DNA of 25,171 nucleotides from Candidatus Micrarchaeota archaeon (GCA_043806595.1 JAZDGU010000009.1:1-25171), one strand, 5' to 3'; shown: positions 16,801 through 23,294, counted from the stretch's first letter. Translations and numbers: made by a program. Notes: a model not told the origin generated them from the letters alone.

Positions 16801-17358
16801 ACTTGTGGCGGCGGAGGCGGGGGCGGTGGAGGCGGCGGTGGCTATTACGTCACGCCGACCCCCAGCCCGACGCCGCTCGCTCCTTCTTCCCCGACGCCGG
16901 CGCCGCGAATCGTCCTGCCGGACTTCGTGCCGATTGCGGAGGCGGAGGACTTCGACGGGGACTTCTGGCTTGTGGATTCCGAGGGGATTGGCACTGAGGA
17001 CGTACGTTCCCTCGTCATCGAATCGCACGAGCAGGTCCGCTTGGGCAACATCGACAAGGCCAAGAGGCTGTTCGAGCAGGCGAAGGCCAAACTGGCGTCG
17101 CTGAAGACTCAGGTGGTTTCCCGCAAGGCGGAGTTCAACTGGAAGTGGGCGCTCGCGTTGGCAATCGCAATCGCCGCCGCCGGCCTGTATCTCTCTTCCA
17201 CGTGGCGAAAAAGGCCGCCGGAGCAGGCCGCGTCGGAGTCTCCGTCATCCGTCGCCCCGGGCGCAATCATTCTTCCCCCGCTGCCGGAAGAATTCGGCGC
17301 CCCCGCGGCGAGGGAGAACATCGGGGCGCTCGTCGAAGAATTGAGGAAGCAGCGTTAA
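13876..17358 (+). CDS. Secreted, membrane-anchored heparinase II/III-like (polysaccharide lyase-type) protein with Thr/Pro stalk
   Basis: Signal peptide ending AALA; helical N-domain with NYHAN and DGSITEGVEYG; YFYRSGW, GHNQEDKNTF, LIVDTG and TEGHNLVLVN typical of Hepar_II_III; TPTA linker; CDDGNSCTADSC repeat; poly-Gly; C-terminal TM WKWALALAIAIAAAGLYL. TTTTTATT about 30 nt upstream of the ATG. Confidence 0.75.
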   Translation: MRPTASIVPLLLLLSCSAALAHPFTLFTADQVAPLKAKMTDGLGPDDAAYAQAVAAADARLSAQDSAIFEYNDIWAITPVYIEEQAFAYYFGDPSRRQLYRDRCVSMARYLTDNFHPDNNCAGCSNDYPEQDNPWILIALAEAYDMCYNEFAANGPEKAALRQEIEAYLSYAFTAAWPHDWKRQIEDYANGNYHANIGGSMMLAALAIKDEGSNSALYQNSVALADAAIRGVLSHTIAADGSITEGVEYGALSLHGIFFGAVTRSHYDGTDYFGSQGTRVLEWFAFNAVPEGSRRGHNWNDASTYSSPYYSWNAFLAFALTRYQGPLAKWVHEAFAGPTPLSRPLYALFAQDTPSQDPSAFMPDSMLFLENGQYFYRSGWSMGSGSRDIHLTFYSGPFRRGHNQEDKNTFSILGYKDRLIVDTGDSKGAGWCSDPATATEGHNLVLVNPPSDYWDQNGNNQMDPGEALGYLGQAGAGGNCGTDGYIRSSLLSPASDFLHGDAREAYVQHSLAFNPMPEWNWCNHAYNGGTSPSIQCAYSPVMERANRYLLIVKPLAGVPAYMLLADDTRVDSGAQNAYKFLLHTEYKTTSPSDRNTWTFSSNPLRVTGERGGFLDVYWVSPQYSPSLFADSQYNTRNDAPYYNHDGFNRRLDATLTSGNPQWFMALFPYDGQVSAPSYSTLSLSQGYGARMQFASATDYGYYGPDSSIQGGGVSGSAKMGWVRESGGMPSRYAFAYATSFSKDGRQLLQVSGLPAHVSTDGTTLYASSRFSSYTVFGPSITSATAGGQALSLYRAGDYRLATLTPPQSCAAQGGSVCTPSQSCTDNRWTFARDSDYCCLAQCEGVVTPTPTVTATPTATPTATPTATPTATPTATPTATPTATPSATPTATPSATPSATPTATPTPSPTPTPEPCGEEGAQEECDAGGCAGIRECGADLAWGECVKNDLCCGVSCDDGNSCTADSCGAGVCSHVYTCGGGGGGGGGGGGYYVTPTPSPTPLAPSSPTPAPRIVLPDFVPIAEAEDFDGDFWLVDSEGIGTEDVRSLVIESHEQVRLGNIDKAKRLFEQAKAKLASLKTQVVSRKAEFNWKWALALAIAIAAAGLYLSSTWRKRPPEQAASESPSSVAPGAIILPPLPEEFGAPAARENIGALVEELRKQR
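16414..16611 (+). repeat. Coding 12-bp-period TPTA/TPSA low-complexity linker
   Basis: Degenerate actccgacggca/actccgaccgct units encoding (TPTA)n. Confidence 0.9.
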
Positions 17359-17369
17359 CCCCCCAAGCG

Positions 17370-18314
17370 CTATCCGCTGATGTCCTTTATGCCGCTCACG
17401 GCCTCCTCCGCCTTCACGTCCAGCGAGAGCGCGAGCTTCCTCCCGCAGCGCACGCACTTCTTCTCGCCCTCGAGTATGGCCTCGAAGCAGTCCTTGTGGT
17501 ATGCGGCGCCGCAGAAGCAGTGCCCGTACTTGGGGTTGTTGTCCTCCTTCTTCACGCTGACGGCGAACCCGGCCTTGCACAGCTCGCACTGCTCGCCGTT
17601 CCCCTTCATTGCCGGGGTCCTCTTTTCTTCCGCGGCCTTCTTTTCATAAGGCAGGCTCTGGAATTCGTCGGGCCTCCTGTTTTCCGGCCTTTTCGCCGGG
17701 GCGGCGCGGCCGGTTCTGCCCGCGAGGAACGGGGAAGTCTTGTTGTTGCTCCGTTTCTGGCTCTCGTTCGGCCCGTATTTCCTGATTACATCCTCGAGGT
17801 CGAGTTTTTCGACCCTCTCCCCGGCCGCGGGCTCCGGCTTGGCGGCAATTTCCAGCTTTGCCTGTGCGGTCCCCGGAATCTCAATTGGCGCGGGGGCTTC
17901 CGCGGCAACGGGCCCGGGCTGTGCCACGGGCTTCTTCTCCTCCCGGCCGAGCCACTGGTCGGCGTGCCTCCTCCACTCCGGCCTGTACTCGTTTACGCCT
18001 TGGACGGAGAGGTGGAGGTTCCGCATTTCAGCATCCGCGACGATGAGCCTGCGCTTGAGGAGCGTCGTCACCCTCCGGTTGAATTCGGCGCCGTCCACGT
18101 TGAATATCCCCCTGATTTCCGCGGCGTCGCTCTTCCCTTCCTTCAGCAGCTGCAGGAGCACCGCGTCGAACTTCATCAGTTTGGGCTTCCTGGCCTTTGC
18201 AGTCGTTCTCCTGCGGGAGGGAGCCCTCGGCAGCCTCTTCGGCGCCAGCGGGAGCGCAGCTGCCGGCGCCTGCTGGGGCTCCTCCTGCGGCCGCTGCTGG
18301 ATTTCTTCGGTCAT
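17370..18314 (-). CDS. Winged-helix + C4HC3 RING-variant zinc-finger protein; candidate E3 ligase
   Basis: C-x2-C-x19-C-x-C-x4-H-x2-C-x10-C-x2-C at 17445-17588; wHTH-like segment FDAVLLQLLKEG..DAAEIRGIFNVDGAEFNRRVTTLLKRRLI...LSVQG; ATGA overlap with the JAB stop. Confidence 0.75.
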   Translation of the reverse strand: MTEEIQQRPQEEPQQAPAAALPLAPKRLPRAPSRRRTTAKARKPKLMKFDAVLLQLLKEGKSDAAEIRGIFNVDGAEFNRRVTTLLKRRLIVADAEMRNLHLSVQGVNEYRPEWRRHADQWLGREEKKPVAQPGPVAAEAPAPIEIPGTAQAKLEIAAKPEPAAGERVEKLDLEDVIRKYGPNESQKRSNNKTSPFLAGRTGRAAPAKRPENRRPDEFQSLPYEKKAAEEKRTPAMKGNGEQCELCKAGFAVSVKKEDNNPKYGHCFCGAAYHKDCFEAILEGEKKCVRCGRKLALSLDVKAEEAVSGIKDISG

Positions 18315-18781
18315 TTCTTCTCAACTACCGCGAACGCGATTTCATACGCCTCGCCGTACTCCGCGCGGAAGGCCCTCTTGAGCATGCCGCCTTTCTCCTC
18401 CCTCGTGGGGTCCACCACGACTGCCGCATGGAACTCCTCGCTGAAGAAGCTTTCCTGCGTCGCGACGTCCGTGCTGGAAAGGAAGCAGCCGTAGCCGGGG
18501 TGCGAGTGCAGCCACCCAACAACGACGCGGTCCTTGAGCCTCTTCCTGAGCAGTTTTGCGAGCTCGGGGAAGGCCTCCCGCGCGAAGCTTACGCGGACGG
18601 CGCTCGAGTCGTTTGCCGCGGTCACGAACCTGTCCGCGTAGACGTACTCCCTTCCATGCCATGTGAACCTCTTTCCGAGAAGCAGGCCCATGCCCTCCCT
18701 TCCCTCGACCGAAAGCCTGGAGACGTGCCTTTCGGCGTCCCGCATGGCTCCGGCTTCCAGATACAGGTCGAATTCGGCCAT
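18311..18781 (-). CDS. JAB1/MPN+ (JAMM) metalloprotease, Rpn11/CSN5-like
   Basis: EGMGLLLG (catalytic Glu), VVGWLHSHPGYGCFLSSTDVATQ (HxH-x7-S-x2-D), VVVDP. Confidence 0.95.
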   Translation of the reverse strand: MAEFDLYLEAGAMRDAERHVSRLSVEGREGMGLLLGKRFTWHGREYVYADRFVTAANDSSAVRVSFAREAFPELAKLLRKRLKDRVVVGWLHSHPGYGCFLSSTDVATQESFFSEEFHAAVVVDPTREEKGGMLKRAFRAEYGEAYEIAFAVVEKK

Positions 18782-18782
18782 T

Positions 18783-18935
18783 TCACTCCAGCCCGAGACC
18801 CCTCAGGGGAACCAAGGTCGCTTCAAGACCTAACGTCTTGGGCGCGCCGAAAACTTCGGGTTTTCGAGCGTCCCCATGCGGGTCGCCTTTCCCTTCCTTA
18901 TTTTGCGGCCAGCTACGCCGGCCATATTCAGCCAT
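18783..18935 (-). CDS. Small ORF (50 aa, MAEYGRRSWPQ...LRGLGLE), not in the ORF track
   Basis: Hand-translated. Fills the gap exactly: ATG 8 nt after the upstream gene's GGAGTGA stop/SD, stop 1 nt before the JAB ATG. No recognised domain. Confidence 0.5.
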   Translation of the reverse strand: MAEYGRRSWPQNKEGKGDPHGDARKPEVFGAPKTLGLEATLVPLRGLGLE

Positions 18936-18943
18936 GTAAACCG

Positions 18944-19258
18944 TCACTCCAGCCCAAACAAGTTCTTGATGCGTTTTCTGATGCCGCCGCGCCTCCTGCG
19001 GTCCTCTTCCGCCTGCCTTATTACCTCGTCATTGGACAGCGGCGTGATGTCCTGCAACGCCTTCTCCCTCAGCCTGTCGCGCACGGCGTCCGTGCTCTCC
19101 AGAGACTCCCCCTTGAGGTCCTTGAAGACCACCGGCTCCTTGGCCGCGCCCTCCCCTGGCGCGGGCGTGCCGATCATCCTGCTGTAATCGACTTCTTCGA
19201 CCACACGCGGCTTCTTGGGCCTGTCCTTCACTTCCACGACCCGCGGCTTCCCTGCCAT
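18944..19258 (-). CDS. Small charged hypothetical protein with two KPRVV motifs (104 aa)
   Basis: MAGKPRVVEVKDRPKKPRVVEEVD...; first gene of the leftward JAB-RING operon. Confidence 0.7.
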   Translation of the reverse strand: MAGKPRVVEVKDRPKKPRVVEEVDYSRMIGTPAPGEGAAKEPVVFKDLKGESLESTDAVRDRLREKALQDITPLSNDEVIRQAEEDRRRRGGIRKRIKNLFGLE

Positions 19259-19282
19259 CGCTTTCCCCTGAAGGAATAAGAG

Positions 19283-19303
19283 CGAAAGGGATTAATAGTT
19301 TTG
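19283..19303. promoter_or_regulatory. Probable bidirectional BRE-TATA promoter between the two ubiquitin-system operons
   Basis: cGAAAgggATTAATA on +, cAAAAcTATTAAT on -, sharing palindromic ATTAAT (19291-19296) in an 84-nt divergent spacer. Confidence 0.5.
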
Positions 19304-19342
19304 TGCGGTATGCCTACTCGCAATAGGGGAAGGGTGGTTCGC

Positions 19343-19663
19343 TTGGCAGAGTTCAACATAACAGTTTCGCACACGACCAGCGGAAAGGACACCGTGCTCG
19401 CGGTAGAGCCCGGCTTCACGGTCTCGAGCATTCTCGAGGTCCTGACCGAGAGCCTGCAGCTCAAGGACAGGTTCATCCTAGCCACGAAGGACAACAAGAT
19501 ACTCGACCCGGCGCTCACCATCGAGGAGGCCGGAATCAAGGAGAACGACGTCCTCCTCCTCATGCCCGACCCCACCGGAGGACACCTCAGGGCAACCTAC
19601 GGTTTCCCTACGCGTGTCGCCCCTCCCTTCCCTAATTACCGCAAGACTACGTCTTGCCGATAA
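19343..19663 (+). CDS. Ubiquitin-like protein precursor: 80-aa beta-grasp ending GG + 26-aa C-terminal propeptide
   Basis: TTG start after GGTGG. Ub-like pattern FNITVSHTTSGKDTVLAVEPGFTVSSI...NKILDPALTIEEAGIKENDVLLL (cf. Ub [23 protein letters not shown]); PTGG ends at 19582. Confidence 0.88.
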   Translation: MAEFNITVSHTTSGKDTVLAVEPGFTVSSILEVLTESLQLKDRFILATKDNKILDPALTIEEAGIKENDVLLLMPDPTGGHLRATYGFPTRVAPPFPNYRKTTSCR

Positions 19664-19690
19664 TATCCTGTATTCAAGGCGATTTTTTCC

Positions 19691-20164
19691 ATGCCCTTCC
19701 TGCCGGACGCAGTCTTCCAGCGCCGTCTTGCGGCCGAATTCAGCGAGATGCAGGCGAGCGGCCTCCAGTTCACTTCCTCGCCCGACCGCACTGAATACGA
19801 GGTCAGCCTCACCGCCCCGGGCTTTCGGCGCGTAAGCGGGAAGGTCCAACCCGTTTCCTCGCACCGCTTCCGCGTGAAGATCAAGCGCGAATACCCCTAC
19901 GGCGGCGGCCTCGACGTCGTCTGGCTGACCCCCATATTCCACCCCAACATCCGCGAAGGCGACGGCAAGGTGTGCATCCAGCTGGTCAACGAGTGGTCCG
20001 CTTCGCAGACCATCGCGAGCGTCTGCAAGGCCATAATCCAGCTGCTCGCCAACCCCAACCCCTTCTCTCCGCTGAACATCGAGGCCGCGCGCTTCTTCGA
20101 CCAGAACCCGGACGCGTTCAAGGGAAGGTATTCCTACGCGCGCCCGCGCGTCGTACCCAGGTGA
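19691..20164 (+). CDS. Ubiquitin-conjugating enzyme E2 (UBC fold)
   Basis: RRLAAEF helix, EYPY, TPIFHPNI, GKVC (catalytic Cys), EWS, LLANPNPFSPLNIEAA: the canonical eukaryote-type E2 signature. Confidence 0.96.
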   Translation: MPFLPDAVFQRRLAAEFSEMQASGLQFTSSPDRTEYEVSLTAPGFRRVSGKVQPVSSHRFRVKIKREYPYGGGLDVVWLTPIFHPNIREGDGKVCIQLVNEWSASQTIASVCKAIIQLLANPNPFSPLNIEAARFFDQNPDAFKGRYSYARPRVVPR

Positions 20165-20171
20165 TTGCCGC

Positions 20172-20297
20172 ATGCCTTCGCCAAACAAGCCCCGCGTCGT
20201 CTCGGTCAAGGACAAGCCCGTTGCCGAGCGCGAGCCGCCCGGCGAGAAAACCCACCGATTCCTCTTTTCCCACAAGCCCGCGGGCGCGCGGAGATGA
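20172..20297 (+). CDS. Small ORF (41 aa, MPSPNKPRVVSVKDKP...), not in the ORF track
   Basis: Hand-translated. AGGTGA SD at 20159-20164 overlaps the E2 stop; its TGA overlaps the nurA ATG (ATGA); N-terminus resembles that of 18944-19258. Confidence 0.7.
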   Translation: MPSPNKPRVVSVKDKPVAEREPPGEKTHRFLFSHKPAGARR

Positions 20298-21364
20298 TCC
20301 CCGAGGCGTCGATACGCAAAGTAGTCGAAGAGATCCGCCAGTCCGAGAGCCGCGTAGCCGCACTGACGGCCCGCCTGCGGAAGGACAACCCCGCGTTTTC
20401 CGCGCCTGACATAGCAGACTCGCGCCTGTTCCAGCCGGTCGAGGACGTCCCGGCGGAGGGCCGAATCGCCGCCGTCGACGGAGGACTCCTGTCACAGGAG
20501 CTGCACGCCCTCGACCTCCTCATCGTGCGCTCCGCTGCCGTGGTCTTCAACCACGAGGCGGGCAAGCTCAAGGGCTACGAGTTCATCCCGCGCGCGTTCC
20601 CCGAGCCCGAAGTCTTCGTCGACTACGCTCTCGAGGGCCACGAGCTCGCGCAGTACATCGAGCTGCGCAGGCTCCAGTCCGAAATCAGGCTCGCCAACGA
20701 GGTCCTCGCAAAATCCGAATGCAGCGCGCTCTTCCTCGACGGCAGCATCATCCCCCAGCACGCCGACAAGCCGCCGGCGAATTCCCCGCTCCACCCGCTC
20801 TATTCCTCGCTCATCGAGTCCTACCTGCGCCTCTACTCCGCCGCCGAGAAGAGGAACTGCAAGCTCGTCGGGGTCATCAAGGACAGCAAGGGAAAGCACT
20901 TCCTGTCGCTGCTCCTCAGGCACGCCGCGCTTGCCTCCGATTCCTCGATCCTGCAGAAGACGAACGACACCGCGCTCATCTTCTCGCTCCTGCAGGAGCA
21001 GGAGCGCACGTTCGCGTTCCGGTACGCCAGCGCCTCGGATTCTCCGGCCCTCCGCGACCTGAAGGGATACGAGGACAAGGTCTGGAGCTGCTACATAAAA
21101 GCGGTCAAGTACGACCGCCCGCTGAGGATCGACTTCCTCCTCCCCCGCAAGGACTCGAAGTCAATCGACGAAATCTGCTCGCTCGTGTACTCGCTCTCCC
21201 GGCACAACAAGCAGTACGCCTATCCCCCGATTCTCATCGAGGCCGACCTGCGCGCGGCGCTCGAGCAGAAGGAGATGGACGTCCTCTACCAGCACATTAC
21301 CGCCGCGCTCGGGCTCCGCCCTTCGATATTCCGCCTGCGCCGCAACAGCAGGCCGTTCCGCTAG
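20294..21364 (+). CDS. nurA: NurA-family 5'-3' nuclease
   Basis: IAAVDGG, LFLDGSI, LVGVIKDS and YAYPPILIEADLRA motifs; start moved from 20165 to ATG 20294. Confidence 0.88.
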   Translation: MIPEASIRKVVEEIRQSESRVAALTARLRKDNPAFSAPDIADSRLFQPVEDVPAEGRIAAVDGGLLSQELHALDLLIVRSAAVVFNHEAGKLKGYEFIPRAFPEPEVFVDYALEGHELAQYIELRRLQSEIRLANEVLAKSECSALFLDGSIIPQHADKPPANSPLHPLYSSLIESYLRLYSAAEKRNCKLVGVIKDSKGKHFLSLLLRHAALASDSSILQKTNDTALIFSLLQEQERTFAFRYASASDSPALRDLKGYEDKVWSCYIKAVKYDRPLRIDFLLPRKDSKSIDEICSLVYSLSRHNKQYAYPPILIEADLRAALEQKEMDVLYQHITAALGLRPSIFRLRRNSRPFR

Positions 21365-21433
21365 TTTGCCGCTGCAGTGCAACCATAGTTTTTTATTATG
21401 TGAAGAGCCAAACTTTACTGACGGTGGTGTTGA

Positions 21434-21622
21434 ATGGAGACGGTTACCATTAAGGACTTGTTCGGGGAAATTAAGATGTTGCGCCGAGAGGTCCACCAGT
21501 TGCGCGATTCTCTAGTCTTTGTTGAACGCATTTCAGCCAAGGAAAACCGCGAAATTGATACCGTTTTGCGCGGGATGAAGAAAGGAAAGGAAAAGAATTG
21601 GCGTGATGCCTTCAACCAGTGA
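21434..21622 (+). CDS. Putative antitoxin of type II TA pair
   Basis: 62-aa charged helical protein immediately upstream of a RelE-like toxin; GGTGGTG SD; TTTTTATT upstream. Confidence 0.65.
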   Translation: METVTIKDLFGEIKMLRREVHQLRDSLVFVERISAKENREIDTVLRGMKKGKEKNWRDAFNQ

Positions 21623-21628
21623 GCTTCT

Positions 21629-21895
21629 TTGTTCGACATACGTCTGAGCAACAAGGCGGAAAAGCAAGTCAAGCTCCTTTCGCCCGATATTCGAAACCGT
21701 GTCTTCGAACTGTTTCGGGTATTCGAAAACGACCCGGTTCCCTCCTCTGCCTTCGATTTGACAAAGCTTTCAGGCCGCCTTGATTCGTATCGCGTGCGCA
21801 TATCGAGATACAGAATACTCTACGTCGTCTTCTGGAAAGAAAAAATTATCCGAGTTGTGAAAGTCGAACGCCGGACGGATTCAACATATCTTTAA
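21629..21895 (+). CDS. relE: RelE/ParE-family toxin
   Basis: FDIRLSNKAEKQVKLL...KLSG..DSYRVRISRYRILY...IRVVKVERR...Y. Confidence 0.88.
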   Translation: MFDIRLSNKAEKQVKLLSPDIRNRVFELFRVFENDPVPSSAFDLTKLSGRLDSYRVRISRYRILYVVFWKEKIIRVVKVERRTDSTYL

Positions 21896-21923
21896 TCCCA
21901 GCTAGCAGGCGATTCACTCCCAA

Positions 21924-22766
21924 CTACGCGCCATGCCGCATCTCCCTCGCAGCAAGCGCGATCCACGCCGCGAACACGAACGGCGCTGTAAGAGCAGGTA
22001 TTCCCGTCAATATGAAGCCTTGGGTTAGCGCGACCGCGAGGGCGATTGCCAGCAGGGTGAATTTCGCAGACTTTTTTCCGTCGGAAAGCGCGATTCCGCA
22101 GAGTACCGCGTTGAACCCGTATATTCCCAAGTTAACCGATTGGACCGGCAGTCCCATCAACAGACCGGTTAGGCTGCCGATCATGCCGCTGGCCAGGCCC
22201 GCGGCAGCGGCGAGCCAAGAACTGGCCGCCAATCCCAGCAGGAAAGCCGCGCCCGTGATTACGCTGGCTTGGAACATCACTTGCCCTACGCTCATTCCCG
22301 CCGCCGAAACGACGTCAAAAGCAAGCGCGGCATTTGGTGCAGCTGCGACGGCCTTCAGTCCAATGACGCTTCCGGCGGCAACCATTGCCCAGGCGCTTGC
22401 GACGAACGGGAAGGTGAACGGCTTCCAACCCCTGCCGAGCATGAAATGCATTGCTACCGTGGAGATTGCAGAGAATACCATTATGCTTGCCGTCAACAGC
22501 AGCGAAGGCTGGAAGAACACCGCCCCCGCGATGCCCACGAGTGTCCCGTTGAATCCGTACAGGCCGTCCAAAATCTGCCTGCGGTCGTACTTCAGGATAT
22601 ACGCAGCCAGGCTTCCGGTAATGTTACCGAGGATAGCCGCAAACGCCATCAAACCCGAGTTCGCAAGGATGCCAACCAAAAAAAGAATGCCCGTCCAGAT
22701 GTTGTTCTGGAGCATGACCTGACCAAATCCGCGGAGCACGATATGGGCGTAATCGACTGGCTTCAT
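21924..22766 (-). CDS. Urea transporter (UT family)
   Basis: Two homologous halves: LRGFGQVMLQNN / VGQVMFQAS, GLYGFNG / GIYGFNA, PFTFPFV / PALTAPFV. Start moved to MKPVDY (22766). Confidence 0.88.
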   Translation of the reverse strand: MKPVDYAHIVLRGFGQVMLQNNIWTGILFLVGILANSGLMAFAAILGNITGSLAAYILKYDRRQILDGLYGFNGTLVGIAGAVFFQPSLLLTASIMVFSAISTVAMHFMLGRGWKPFTFPFVASAWAMVAAGSVIGLKAVAAAPNAALAFDVVSAAGMSVGQVMFQASVITGAAFLLGLAASSWLAAAAGLASGMIGSLTGLLMGLPVQSVNLGIYGFNAVLCGIALSDGKKSAKFTLLAIALAVALTQGFILTGIPALTAPFVFAAWIALAAREMRHGA

Positions 22767-22774
22767 GGATTTCC

Positions 22775-23281
22775 CTATCGGGTGTTCTCGTGCTGGTGGA
22801 TGCCCTCGTAGAGCTGGTCCGGCGTGCCGCTCATCTTTACGAATATCATCTGCGCGAGCTTCGCCCCCTTCTTCAGCTTCAGCCCTTTCTCCGGAACAAT
22901 CATGCTGGCTTCGCCCTTGCCGTGGTATCCCGGGTCCCAGTATCCGGTATGCATCACGCAGCCGCATCTTGCCAGCGACGACCTCAAGATCGTCATCGCC
23001 GCGACGTCCGCGGGCAGCGTCACCTCCTCCGCGAACTGCACCTTGTAACTCCCCTGCCCCAGTTCCAGCCAGCCGTCGTCATTCCACTTCAATTCCGCGG
23101 TGTCGCTCAATTTCCTTTCCTTGTTGTCGAAATCGATCGCGCCCTGCGTCTTGAATGCGGACACTTTCTCTACGGTCAAATCGAATCCCGCGGGCTGTAT
23201 CTGGCTCTTGGCGTCGGCAAAGCCCTGGACGAGCTTGTCCTTCAAAATCCTTTCCAATATCTCCTGCCGGTTGAGTATCAT
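22775..23281 (-). CDS. dut: Archaeal-type trimeric dUTPase (dCTP deaminase/dUTPase family)
   Basis: QIQPAGFDLT, RSSLAR, WDPGYHG, KLAQMIF, YEGIHQ. Confidence 0.8.
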   Translation of the reverse strand: MILNRQEILERILKDKLVQGFADAKSQIQPAGFDLTVEKVSAFKTQGAIDFDNKERKLSDTAELKWNDDGWLELGQGSYKVQFAEEVTLPADVAAMTILRSSLARCGCVMHTGYWDPGYHGKGEASMIVPEKGLKLKKGAKLAQMIFVKMSGTPDQLYEGIHQHENTR

Positions 23282-23294
23282 TTCTATTCCCCCT

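Noticed and set aside
17145..19279. Long plus-strand ORFs (449 aa, 360 aa) and the many other Arg/Pro-rich overlapping ORFs in the track
   Set aside because: Shadow frames of well-supported genes in high-GC DNA; no motifs.
22775..23281. dCTP deaminase (dcd) call
   Set aside because: Length and motifs fit the archaeal dUTPase branch better, and I could not identify the deaminase-specific catalytic Glu context; moderate certainty.
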